Shown here: piece by piece, positions 54,001 through 64,000 of the stretch
Layout: each line of letters opens with the position of its first letter
How positions within the stretch are numbered: the first letter of the stretch is position 1
NCBI GenBank assembly: GCA_050952625.1
Contig: JBMNLH010000003.1
Location: forward strand, 119,429-183,428
Origin: Bacillota bacterium
GTDB lineage: Bacteria > Bacillota > Ch66 > Ch109
DNA length: 64,000 nucleotides
Reading direction: 5' to 3'
Notes under the pieces: generated by a model
Database searches by the model: none
What the model saw: the letters and a program-made list of their open reading frames with translations, nothing else
Told to the model about the DNA's origin: nothing
Translations under genes and position numbers: made by a program

Positions 54001-54743
54001 TCAGTTATAGTCGTAGAACCCTTTGCCAGTTTTCCGTCCGCAACGCCCTTCCTTAACCATTTGCTGCAGAATTCCCGCAGGTTTATAAGCCTCGTTACCA
54101 GTCATTTCATATAAAGCTTCCAGAGCTGAGGTCGCGACATCAATCCCCGCCATGTCGATCATTTCCAGGGGGCCCATGGGATGGTTCATTCCTAGCTTCA
54201 TGGCCAGGTCAACGTCAGCGGCCGTTGTTACCCCAGCTTCGACTAGACGAGCAGCTTCGTTATACATCAGGCAGTTAATTCGGTTGACTAGGAAGCCAGG
54301 GATATCCTTGACTATGACCCCAGTTTTACCTAAGGCCGCGACTAATTCCATCCCTTTGGCTAATGTGGCGTCTGAGGTCTTTTCCCCTCGAACAACCTCA
54401 ATCAACCGCATGACTGGCACTGGGCTAAAAAAGTGCATCCCCATAAACCGGGTTGGATCACGGAAAGTCTCCGCCATTTTACTGATACTTAAAGTAGAAG
54501 TATTTGAAATAATTATTGCTTCAGGCTTACAAACCTTATCTAATTCCTGAAAAAGCTGGACTTTAGCCGCAAAGTTTTCAAAGATTGCTTCAATGACAAA
54601 ATCACAGGCAGCCGCTTTTTCCCCCAGACTGTCTACCGCCTGAATCCGCGCTAAAGCTAAATCTTTCTCGTCTTGAGCAAGCTTCCCCTTATCCACTTTT
54701 TTCTGAAGAAGGCCGTTGATTGTGGCCAAGGCTTTGTCTATTT
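54001..54743 (-). pseudogene. hbd: 3-hydroxyacyl-CoA dehydrogenase, 5'-truncated by IS66
   Basis: EAIFE, SNTSTLSI, GMHFFSPVPVM, HPMGPL present; the GxGxxG N-terminus is missing and homology stops at the IS66 IR. Confidence 0.9.
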
Positions 54744-54834
54744 GTAAGCGGTTAATATTCAGGTGCATTGACAAAAGCGAACCCCAGCACAACTTGTCTA
54801 TATCGTGCTGGGGTTTTGTGTCAACATCTTTTCT

Positions 54835-56454
54835 TTAATGTCTTGTGTTGCGACAGTAATTCGGCAGCTTGGGCGACCAGGGCATCAAGTCCTCAAGGAG
54901 CGATGGGTCAGCCTTAAAGTCAAGTGCCGGCATTTTACTAAAAATATGTACCAGGTACATGTATACATTAAGTCCGTTTGCCTTGGCCGTTTCTACAATG
55001 CTGTAGGCGATTGCGCTCGCTTGGGCTCCCTTTTTCGTATCCGCGAATAACCAACCTTTCCTTCCTAGAACAAAGGGTCGGATCGCATTCTCCGCTCGAT
55101 TATTAGACAATTCAATGCGACCGTCTTCTAAAAACGTACACAATGAAGCTTTTTGATTAACTGAATAGGTTATGGCTTCGCCAAGTTTGGAGCCTTGGAG
55201 AGGGTTTACAGTTTCAAGCCATGACCAATAAGCCTCAAGAACTGGTTTAGATTGTTCCTGACGCTGTATTTTTCGTTTTTCTGGAGAGAGTTGTTCCAAA
55301 TCTCTCTCAATGGCAAACAGCTTATTACAGTATTCAAATCCCACAGTGGCAGCGGAGTCTTTAAGACTGCCACTTTTGGGCATGGCCTCTTGATATTTCC
55401 GACGCAGGTGGCTCCAGCATCCACATCGGGTTACCTCTGGGACCTTGTTGTAGCCACTATAGCCGTCGGTTTGAAGAAATCCATGAAAACCTTCCAGGAA
55501 TCGCCGCGCATGCTCGCCTGATCGTGTGGGTTGGTATTCAAACAGCACCACTGGTGCCTCCCCGGTATTACCTGAACAATATACCCACATCCGCGACTCG
55601 GAGGATGGCTTCTTTCCTTCCTCCTTCAGTACCTGGATTACACTCTCATCTGCGTGAATCACCGCCTGCTTCAGGAGATGGAACTTCATGGTTTCCCATA
55701 GCGGTACCAGCCAGTCGGTCGCCGACCGGATGATCCAGTTAGCCAAGGTCGCTCTGGAAAGAATTATTCCCTGATTGGCCCAGTCTTTTTCTTGCCGGTA
55801 CAGCGGCATGCCGTTGACATACTTTTGGTATATAACATGGGCCACACTAGACGCTGAAGCAAGACTCCGCTTTATAACCGGTGCGGGAGTGGGTGCTTTA
55901 ATTATCGTAGCTTCTCCCGTTTCCTTCTCGCAGATTTCGCAAACATAGCTGTATCGGATATACCGAAGGAGCCTTGCCTGGGCCGGGATGAATTCTAATT
56001 CTTCCCGGACCGGTTCTTTGCCCAGAACCCGCATTTTGCCGCCGCATTCTTCACAGACTTGCTTTTCTTCATCTAGATCGCAGATGATTTCTACTACGGG
56101 AGCGTTCGCGGCTAATTCTTCCTTGGTACGTTTGGCTTTCCTGGTATGCCCGGCAACCGAGACTTTGTCAGGCTCCGGGGCTTTGTGGTTTGACTCGGCC
56201 TCCGCTTCGTTGAACAAGGAAAGCTGATTATCTTCCTCGCCAAGTACGTACTTTCTTTTTTCGCTGGATTGGCCGTACATGGCTTTTTGGAAGTTGGCCA
56301 GCATCTCCATGAGCTGATCGATACGAATTTTCTGTGATTCTAATGTTTTGGTCCTTTCCTGCAACTGGGTTGTTTGTTCTTTAAGCTGCGTTTCGAGGCT
56401 TAAAATATATGCAGTTACCTCGGGCGAAAGGCCCGTCAAATCAACTTTTTCCAT
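54835..56454 (-). CDS. IS66 transposase TnpC
   Basis: HADES, TDGYSGY, CWSHLRRK, SNNRAENAIRP. Confidence 0.95.
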   Translation of the reverse strand: MEKVDLTGLSPEVTAYILSLETQLKEQTTQLQERTKTLESQKIRIDQLMEMLANFQKAMYGQSSEKRKYVLGEEDNQLSLFNEAEAESNHKAPEPDKVSVAGHTRKAKRTKEELAANAPVVEIICDLDEEKQVCEECGGKMRVLGKEPVREELEFIPAQARLLRYIRYSYVCEICEKETGEATIIKAPTPAPVIKRSLASASSVAHVIYQKYVNGMPLYRQEKDWANQGIILSRATLANWIIRSATDWLVPLWETMKFHLLKQAVIHADESVIQVLKEEGKKPSSESRMWVYCSGNTGEAPVVLFEYQPTRSGEHARRFLEGFHGFLQTDGYSGYNKVPEVTRCGCWSHLRRKYQEAMPKSGSLKDSAATVGFEYCNKLFAIERDLEQLSPEKRKIQRQEQSKPVLEAYWSWLETVNPLQGSKLGEAITYSVNQKASLCTFLEDGRIELSNNRAENAIRPFVLGRKGWLFADTKKGAQASAIAYSIVETAKANGLNVYMYLVHIFSKMPALDFKADPSLLEDLMPWSPKLPNYCRNTRH

Positions 56455-56577
56455 GCCTTAATTATACCATAAAAATAACCGAATATCCAGCAATATCAAG
56501 GGTTTCAGGCATTTTAGGCATAATATTTTAGGCTCCGAGTACGGAGGATTTCTAGATTTCAATGAGGGCACTTTGCC

Positions 56578-56940
56578 TTAGCAGAAATCCCTAGCTTTGA
56601 CTTCGCCAAAACCTTTTGGCGGGTCTATGGACAGACCTTCCATAAGCAGGCGAAGCTGCCTGACCGTTATGTTTCTTACATTGGCCGGCTCTTTGGGCCA
56701 TATAAACCGGGCTCCTGCGCCGTCCAGCCTCTTGTAGTACATGGCAAAACCGTTGCGATCCCAGCTTAGGGCCTTCAGCCGATTGCGGCTTCGGTTACAG
56801 AACAAGAAAAGATAGTTCCCAAACGGATCCATGTTGAATTGCTGTTTCACGATAATAGCTAGGCCATCCACTGAACGCCTTAGGTCTGTAACTCCGCACG
56901 CTAAAAAGATTCCGTCGTAGCTTGTGATGTCTTTCAGCAT
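56578..56940 (-). CDS. IS66 accessory protein TnpB
   Basis: TDLRRSVDGL, FLFCNRSRNRLKAL.WD. Confidence 0.93.
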   Translation of the reverse strand: MLKDITSYDGIFLACGVTDLRRSVDGLAIIVKQQFNMDPFGNYLFLFCNRSRNRLKALSWDRNGFAMYYKRLDGAGARFIWPKEPANVRNITVRQLRLLMEGLSIDPPKGFGEVKARDFC

Positions 56941-56943
56941 AAA

Positions 56944-57231
56944 TCATTCAACGACCCGCAGGACATCTGCAAGGAGTGCAGGACTGAACCCACTCTCTAC
57001 ACAAATTGTCCATTTACCACAGTTAAGCCGAATCTCGCCTGGCATGTATTTCTCTTTGTTAATCATCACCTCTGCCCATTGCCGTGATCCATGTTGTTCT
57101 TCTCGATTAACTTTGGTTGCCCAAGTTAGATATCGCCGGTAATTAATGTCTTTGGCTTCGCACCAAGCTTTTGCAGTCATCCCACTGGCCCGGCATTCTG
57201 CTACCAATGACCGTTGTTCGTTTATGTCCAT
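56944..57231 (-). CDS. IS66 accessory protein TnpA
   Basis: SGMTAKAWCE HTH pattern; first gene of the element. Confidence 0.85.
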   Translation of the reverse strand: MDINEQRSLVAECRASGMTAKAWCEAKDINYRRYLTWATKVNREEQHGSRQWAEVMINKEKYMPGEIRLNCGKWTICVESGFSPALLADVLRVVE

Positions 57232-57339
57232 CTAATACCCCCATGTCTTATTTTCTTAGTTTCATGGAGATATTTTCTCACGGCTAGGGCATGTTGACCA
57301 TGCACCTGAATATTGAGCGCTTACTGACAACCCAATAAA

Positions 57340-57382
57340 GAAAAGACCGGGCGATCCTCTTTGGGACCACCCGGGCTTTTTT
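57340..57382. terminator. Intrinsic terminator downstream of the surface-protein gene
   Basis: Imperfect CCGGG/CCCGG hairpin flanked by A- and T-runs. Confidence 0.6.
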
Positions 57383-57430
57383 GGTTGTTAGTTAGTTGGA
57401 TTGTGGATTCAGGAATCTTTTTGCATTTAC

Positions 57431-60400
57431 TTATTTGCTAACGGTTACTTCAACACCAAATCCTAGTGCTGCTTTAGCTGCATTACCGGAAGCATCAAAT
57501 ACTGAACTTGCTCCCGCAAGGTTGAATGATGTGAAGGTATTTACCGCTTTACCATCTAGGTTGCTGGATCCTGCTGTTGTCCCAACTGTAATAGTAACAA
57601 CATTACCACTTACTGCTACTGCGTCATCGCCTGCAACTACAACTGGCGTTACACCTTGATACAGCACAAAGTCCGCTAGTACCGGTGTTGCCTTTAATGT
57701 CACAGCTTCGCTAAAGGTAATATTAATCTTGTCATTGTTAGCCAAGTTGGCCCCTGCTGCTTTTATTGATACACCAGTAATGGTCGGCCTTGTTTTGTCT
57801 TCGGAAGTAATTTTCTTATTAGCGCTTGCATCTGCAGCGTTACCCCACAGGTCTTTAATTACGGTTTGTGAAGTTTTCACATCAATCTCAGAGTTAGATG
57901 TTAGGTAGTTTTCAGTAGTGGTTGCGCCATCCAAATCAGGTGATGTCCCTAAAGTGATAACAATAGTACTGGTAGTGCTGTATGCTGCTGCGAACCCTGT
58001 ACCAAATGTATCGCTACCATCCTTAAGTGTGAAATCTCCAACTGCTAATGTTGCCAATGAAGCGTTAGTATCTAGTGATTCGTTAAAGGTTAATGTTAAG
58101 GTATCCCCTTGGTCAACCTTTCCGTTCCCATTTGCGTCAGCATAAACTGCTGTGAGTAGCTGTGGACTTGTTGTGTCGGGTTTGTTGAACTGTGATGCAG
58201 TGCCTACTGCCGCATTATTTCCTGCAAGGTCTTTGATCTTAGTTGAAGCCTTACTGTTAAACGCACTATCTGAGCCAGCTGAAAAATCTGCTGCTGTAAT
58301 TACAGGATTTGTACCTAAAATTACTCTAACCACGTCAGCAGTGTCACCCACTACATAAGTTGCGCCCGCACCAAAACCATTGGTGGTCGCCGCGAATGCA
58401 GCAGAATTTGTCTTCAGTCCTGATCCATCGAAATCAGCTGATGTTATTCCACTTTGAATTACAACTGGCTCAGTGAATTTAAATTCGATATAGTCTCCAG
58501 CATCGATAATATAGTTGTTGTTTGTATCCTTATAAGTTACTCCTGTGGCCGCTAGTTTCGGTGGAGTAGTGTCAGTTGCTGCAGTTACAATCCAACTTGC
58601 AACGTTGGTTGTGCCATTATCTACAATTGTGTTGCCATACTTATCAACTATGTTACTAGCCCTTACAACGTAGGTGTATCCGACAACAGGCGTTTCGCTT
58701 ACTGTTATCGTAACAGTTTTCTTGTCTGCTGCCATTATAGCAGAGGTAGGCGTTAAAGTAACACTTGGATTATCGTTTTTAGCGATCTTGTAATTAGTAA
58801 CATTTTCAGCACTGGCTTTGGTTACTTCCTTATCAAATGCCACGTCAACAACTTTTGTTGATACATGAGTAGCAGTTGCCGTTAATTTTACTGGAGTGTT
58901 ATCAACATATTCAATGGGAATCGCATTGGCTTTAGTTACCTCTGCAATATCGTTACCAGCATCATCTTTGAATGTGCCTTTGGCAAAGTAAATTTTGGCT
59001 CCGTCTGCAGGGACTTTGCTACTGGCCAGAATTTGACCTGCGGTAGTTCCATTGAATATTGTCACTGTAGAAGCTGATGCTACGCCACTTGATCCATCGG
59101 CTTGTTCAACTTTGGGATCTGTTGCGCCGGCATTTCCAGCTAAAGAAACATCTGTACTATTATCTGTCGCTTTTGTAACCTTTACATTTGAAGGTGTAAA
59201 GTCTAGTGTACTTGCCGATGTTTGCACTCTCACGTTTTCATTAAACACCAAGGATAATCTACCGGTAGTTGCGTTATATTTCGCCGCTGTCATAACTGGC
59301 GCAGTTGTATCCTTTGCAAACGCAAGGTCAACTGTAGAGGTTTCAATTAATTCGCCAGCCTTGTCTTTTGAAGTACCCTTTGTAAATTTAACTTGGCGTG
59401 TTCCGATCGTGTCTGCCTCATAGGTATCAAGTGCTGCACTTCTCTTAATAGTGATTTCAACTGTTTTGCCGTCGGCAGTTGTGGTCACAACAGAGTTTGG
59501 AGAAGCCAACAAACTGAATGTGCCCGGATTTAACATGCTCAGTTCTGTTACATTGAAACCGTCAATTTTCACATCGTTGTTAAAGGTCAATGTCAGCTTA
59601 TTGAGCGCTGCATCATAAGTCGCTGCGGTTAAAACGGTATTTGCTTCGATGGCTATGCCTGCAACCTGAGCATTGGCATTTCCAGCTGCGTCCTTAACAG
59701 CACCGGCTGCTAAAGATAGGGTTTTGGTTGCGCCGAGAGCATTTACCTCAGTCTTCTTGGCTGCTGATAATTGAATGGTCAATTGATCCTTAGCGGCGTT
59801 CCAGCTTGCGATATCCAAAGATGTAAGAGCAACGCTTGTGGTCCCATCAGTTACTGAAATCTTGGTGCGATCAAGGGATGCGAGAGCATTATCCATAATT
59901 TCATCAAATTTAATGTTTAAAACTCCACCCGCAGCATCATACCTTGACGATACAACTGTTGGTGGGGTCACATCAGCTGTAGAAACACCCATGAATTTTA
60001 GTGAAGCGTTTGTTCCTACTAGGTTACCCGCAAGGTCGGCAACTCTGTTGGCACCGCCTGCAGCTTGGGTTACAACAAAGGTGTGTTCGCCATCAGTCAA
60101 TTTGGCGGCTGGGGTAGCTATAGTGATTGTTAGTGTTTTTCCGTCTGCTGCAAGGGCTGCAGTGTCAGTATTTGCTACTAATGCTGTTGTTGTCGCCAAG
60201 TAATTTATTGAATAGTTCCTAACGTCTTCGGCATTTTTCTTGCCAACTTTTTCGCTAAATACAACTTTTAATTCAGTACTTGAAACTGCGGTTACACTTG
60301 CAATAGTTGGCGCTTTATAGTCTATTTCTTTGGCTGCAGCTTTTCCGTTTACAGTAAGAGCACCCTCTTTACCTGCTAGAGCTACAGTTAACAATGATAC

Positions 60401-61723
60401 CTTAGTGGTATCGTTGTAGGAAACATTTGTTACAGCGATTGTTTCATCGCCGACTTTTACAGTGTATTCTGCTTTATCAGCGGCCTTAGTTGCGTCTACG
60501 TCTGCCGCCATTGTTGCTGAAACAGTCGTAGCGTTAATAGCACTAACACTCGTTACAGCTAGTTGAGCAGGAGCAACAGTTACCTTAGCTGTTACATCTG
60601 CAACTTTTCCATCAGGATCCGTTACACCATCAGGAAGAGTGATTTTACCAGTAAAGGTATAATCTCCAGCTTTGGTGCCATCATAGTTTGCGTCGGCTGT
60701 CCAAGTGATAGCAGCATCTTTCGTGGAGCTATCGCTCAGAGTCAAAGTAACTTTTGAATCCAGCTTGGCAATGGCATCAGCGGCTGATGTACCGTTATCA
60801 ACAGTAACAGCAGTCGTAGTAATAGCACTAACACTCGTTACAGCTAGTTGAGCAGGAGCAACAGTTACCTTAGCTGTTACATCTGCAACTTTTCCATCAG
60901 GATCCGTTACACCATCAGGAAGAGTGATTTTACCAGTAAAGGTATAATCTCCAGCTTTGGTGCCATCATAGTTTGCGTCGGCTGTCCAAGTGATAGCAGC
61001 ATCTTTCGTGGAGCTATCGCTCAGAGTCAAAGTAACTTTTGAATCCAGCTTGGCAATGGCATCAGCGGCTGATGTACCGTTATCAACAGTAACAGCAGTC
61101 GTAGTAATAGCACTAACACTCGTTACAGCTAGTTGAGCAGGAGCAACAGTTACCTTAGCTGTTACATCTGCAACTTTTCCATCAGGATCCGTTACACCAT
61201 CAGGAAGAGTGATTTTACCAGTAAAGGTATAATCTCCAGCTTTGGTGCCATCATAGTTTGCGTCGGCTGTCCAAGTGATAGCAGCATCTTTCGTGGAGCT
61301 ATCGCTCAGAGTCAAAGTAACTTTTGAATCCAGCTTGGCAATGGCATCAGCGGCTGATGTACCGTTATCAACAGTAACAGCAGTCGTAGTAATAGCACTT
61401 ACCTCTACAACTTCTAATCCTTCTGTTGGTTTTTCTACTGGTTCTATTTCTGCAATTGCTTCTTCAAAAGTCTTACCTTCTGACATCTTAGCAATTACTT
61501 TTTTATATTCATATAATTTGCCATCCTTAGCTTCTATTGCATAGTCGCCAGGGGCCTTAGCCACATCTAAACGTTTAGCAGTAGAGGTTGCAAATTCAAG
61601 CTTTCCATATGATTTACTAGGATCTTTTAGATTGTGAAAATCATATTCAGCTGCTAAAACATTGCTAGAAAGTGCAAGCATCAAGACTACTGCTAGCATT
61701 AGAGTTATTCGTCTGTTTTTCAT
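57431..61723 (-). CDS. Large secreted Ig-like-repeat S-layer/surface protein (no SLH visible)
   Basis: Signal peptide, Ala/Thr/Val-rich composition, Big_4-like repeats, many DxAGN beta-sandwich modules. Confidence 0.85.
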   Translation of the reverse strand: MKNRRITLMLAVVLMLALSSNVLAAEYDFHNLKDPSKSYGKLEFATSTAKRLDVAKAPGDYAIEAKDGKLYEYKKVIAKMSEGKTFEEAIAEIEPVEKPTEGLEVVEVSAITTTAVTVDNGTSAADAIAKLDSKVTLTLSDSSTKDAAITWTADANYDGTKAGDYTFTGKITLPDGVTDPDGKVADVTAKVTVAPAQLAVTSVSAITTTAVTVDNGTSAADAIAKLDSKVTLTLSDSSTKDAAITWTADANYDGTKAGDYTFTGKITLPDGVTDPDGKVADVTAKVTVAPAQLAVTSVSAITTTAVTVDNGTSAADAIAKLDSKVTLTLSDSSTKDAAITWTADANYDGTKAGDYTFTGKITLPDGVTDPDGKVADVTAKVTVAPAQLAVTSVSAINATTVSATMAADVDATKAADKAEYTVKVGDETIAVTNVSYNDTTKVSLLTVALAGKEGALTVNGKAAAKEIDYKAPTIASVTAVSSTELKVVFSEKVGKKNAEDVRNYSINYLATTTALVANTDTAALAADGKTLTITIATPAAKLTDGEHTFVVTQAAGGANRVADLAGNLVGTNASLKFMGVSTADVTPPTVVSSRYDAAGGVLNIKFDEIMDNALASLDRTKISVTDGTTSVALTSLDIASWNAAKDQLTIQLSAAKKTEVNALGATKTLSLAAGAVKDAAGNANAQVAGIAIEANTVLTAATYDAALNKLTLTFNNDVKIDGFNVTELSMLNPGTFSLLASPNSVVTTTADGKTVEITIKRSAALDTYEADTIGTRQVKFTKGTSKDKAGELIETSTVDLAFAKDTTAPVMTAAKYNATTGRLSLVFNENVRVQTSASTLDFTPSNVKVTKATDNSTDVSLAGNAGATDPKVEQADGSSGVASASTVTIFNGTTAGQILASSKVPADGAKIYFAKGTFKDDAGNDIAEVTKANAIPIEYVDNTPVKLTATATHVSTKVVDVAFDKEVTKASAENVTNYKIAKNDNPSVTLTPTSAIMAADKKTVTITVSETPVVGYTYVVRASNIVDKYGNTIVDNGTTNVASWIVTAATDTTPPKLAATGVTYKDTNNNYIIDAGDYIEFKFTEPVVIQSGITSADFDGSGLKTNSAAFAATTNGFGAGATYVVGDTADVVRVILGTNPVITAADFSAGSDSAFNSKASTKIKDLAGNNAAVGTASQFNKPDTTSPQLLTAVYADANGNGKVDQGDTLTLTFNESLDTNASLATLAVGDFTLKDGSDTFGTGFAAAYSTTSTIVITLGTSPDLDGATTTENYLTSNSEIDVKTSQTVIKDLWGNAADASANKKITSEDKTRPTITGVSIKAAGANLANNDKINITFSEAVTLKATPVLADFVLYQGVTPVVVAGDDAVAVSGNVVTITVGTTAGSSNLDGKAVNTFTSFNLAGASSVFDASGNAAKAALGFGVEVTVSK
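60535..61399 (-). repeat. Three identical 285-bp (95-aa) intragenic repeats
   Basis: Period 285 (60540, 60825, 61110); no nucleotide differences seen. Confidence 0.97.
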
Positions 61724-61755
61724 AGTCCTTTATACCTCCCATATTAAAATTATTA

Positions 61756-61792
61756 TTTACATTTCCTACGCTGAGGGCGTAGGAAATGTAAA
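61756..61792. terminator. Stem-loop between the two surface-protein genes
   Basis: TTTACATTTCCTACG...CGTAGGAAATGTAAA perfect IR. Confidence 0.65.
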
Positions 61793-61812
61793 TTAGTTTA
61801 TTTAGTTTCGTC

Positions 61813-64000
61813 TTAGAACTTTACATCATATTCCTTACCATCAATTATTACAACTACTTTGTCTGCCTTAGTATCTATTGCTTTTGATGGTGAAATTACT
61901 ATTACATCTGAAGCATCTTCACTATTTTCGAATTGTTCGCTATTTCCATTAACTGTAACTTTTTCAACTTTGTTTCTGCTAACACCTTTTACAGTAATTT
62001 CATAAGCTTTGAATATAACATAATCTTTTTCTTCTCCTGTTACTGTTATTTCTTCTGGTTCTTCTGGTTCTTTTTCCTTAGCTAGTTTCATTTCAGTAAC
62101 AAGACCGTCTTTGTCCTTTTTTATATCTTCTAATATGTCGCCTTTTTTCAATGCTTTTACAACTGCATCTTTTCCTATAGCTATTGTTTCTTTATCTGCA
62201 TTAAGAAGTCTTACTTTCTTATCTAATTCTAATACTTTGTCATCTACTTCTATTAAGTTTTCGTCAACGTTAATATAAGTCACAGTACCAGCAGTTGAAA
62301 TTGGACCAGGTCCAGCATCTTTTGCAGCTAAGAGGATGGCTGCTACTTTACCGTCTTTGTTAATAAGCATTACTACTTTTCTGCCTGTGTCAACATTTGA
62401 GTAGCTGGCTTCTTTTTCTACACTGTTGTCAGATTTTAGTTGATAAACTACGACATCATCTTCTACCAAGTACCAGGTAGTACCAATTTTTACATGGTTT
62501 CCGGAAATATCAGCTACTGTTGCAAAGGAGTTACCAGGATTAATGATACTACCATAGTCACTACCTGCAACGTGTACTGACTTACCAGTTTTAACATTAA
62601 ATGCACCATAAACTTCTGCTTTACCTTGGTTGTTAACTCTGTAAGCAATTACAGAACCTTTAGCCAGATTTTCCTCGCTGGCAAGCTTAACATCTATGAC
62701 ACCTTCTCCTAATACATCAATCTCAGCATACCAGTCATTCTTATCTTTAAGTGGATCGCTAGTTAATACACCGTATTTGTAAGGTTCGTCAACGCCTTTG
62801 AAACCTTTTTGTACAAAGAAGATAGCACTGGCAACTTTACCAGGGTCACCAAATACTACAGCCATACTATTGTCGGTAGCAGCACTTATAGCGTTGCTAT
62901 AGAGGCTATCATAGCTGATGGTAGAAGGCTTCAATTTACCTGATGAATTGATGGTGGACATAATGGTTGTTTTTTCGTTAAAGTAGAATCTCTTTGCACC
63001 TACACCTACACCTAAATCGATATAGTCTTTATTAGAAGACTTGGATGCAGTATTCCAGCTAATTGTAGCGTTATCTGGGTTGCTTACTACACTGATATTG
63101 CCAGTAGCTGGAGTCAGCATTTTCTACTCTTACAACTGCACCCTTCTTATCAAAGGAGCTATGAATGTTGCCGTCTTTGTCTACTTGATATTTAATTAAA
63201 GCATATTTTAATGCAGCATCTGCACCATAATAGTCAAATGTGCCATCCTTATAAACGATATCAGCCGGCATATCATCTCTATCAGCAAATTTGTAATCTA
63301 CATTTTTGCCTTCGCTGGTGTAGATGGTTGCATTAGCAGAGCCTGCTCTGGAAGCATGGGTTACTACGCCGTATTGAGTACCACTCTTTTCGTCGGAAGA
63401 ACCGCTTAAGAGCAATACCTTACCAGCTAAATCTAATACTGCCTCAACGTCATAGTTAATCAGAACTTCAACGTCAGCTACACTATATCTGCTGTAATTG
63501 GAGCCATTGTCAGCAGTGAAGATTGTGGAATTAGTAGTACCATAATTCGTTCCGTCTATTCTTACATTATTATCATTTACTCTTTCCAACTTGCCTTCAA
63601 CAGCTTCGTCGTTAACTAAAACGTAAGCGATATCGCCTTTAGCGTTTTCGCCAAAGAATAAGCCACTGCCTTCTTCAATAGAGTCAAAGTCGATTTCATT
63701 TAAGTCTTGGTCAAAGACATAAGCGCCTTTTTTGTAGTCTTTAAGATCTAGCTTATCGCTCTTTCTATTTGGGTTGTTGGCGTTAACATAGGTTGCAACC
63801 TCATCTTCAACGTCGGTCACTACGCCTTTGCCACTGAAGCTAAAGAGCACAGCGTATTTTACGTCGCCTCTGTCATCTAAGACAAAACGGCCGTAGGTAT
63901 CTTTAAGACTGGAACTAGCTGATTCAGCTTTGCCGTTAACATAAATAACAGGGTCTTTAGCAAAGTCAAGCTTTTTGTCAGCTACTTGCAAGGTAACATT
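61813..64000 (-). CDS. S-layer protein, C-terminal part (5' end outside window; apparent +1 frameshift at ~63100-63115)
   Basis: ORFs 63071-63991 and 61813-63120 overlap and share D/K/V/Y-rich S-layer composition (e.g. VEGKLERV, LDLAGKV, YGVV). Confidence 0.7.

Larger units (their letters stand above)
54744..57324 (-). mobile_element. IS66-family element
   Basis: IRs GTAAGCGGTTAATATTCAGGTGCAT / ATGCACCTGAATATTGAGCGCTTAC; tnpA-tnpB-tnpC; flanks do not form a TSD. Confidence 0.95.

Noticed and set aside
54744-54792. N-terminus MCWGSLLSMHLNINRL of the hbd ORF
   Set aside because: It is encoded by the IS66 end, not by hbd.

Overview
Chromosomal segment of an anaerobic, probably spore-forming Firmicute (Clostridia, Peptococcaceae/Syntrophomonad-like; inferred from gene content and sigmaH/sigma54 promoter motifs). 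1-10.2 kb is the decaying end of a genomic island integrated at the 3' end of the tmRNA gene. It holds a partial helicase-like gene, an ISL3 with a nested IS4, two more IS4 copies, an IS1634-type element, repressor and hicA remnants, intact hicB and a pseudogenised serine-integrase C-terminus. 10.2-42.6 kb is core genome: ssrA, smpB, rnr, est, secG, eno-gpmI-tpiA-pgk-gap, rpoN-whiA-yvcK-rapZ, pgi, ROK kinase, DUF362, HAD, uvrC, a PLD-family gene and uvrA. 43-64 kb holds an SLH surface protein, a RelE-type TA pair, an acyl-CoA catabolic cluster decapitated by an IS66, and two S-layer-type genes. The most notable unannotated signals are: a 193-bp highly structured element in a triple tandem array with dispersed copies showing covariation; pgk and tpiA in frame across one TGA with a probable CTG start; a consensus sigma54 promoter ahead of the operon encoding sigma54; and several other intergenic repeat families. 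Many genes carry single +1 insertions that look like long-read consensus errors. I cannot demonstrate a complete new protein-based system from the sequence alone.
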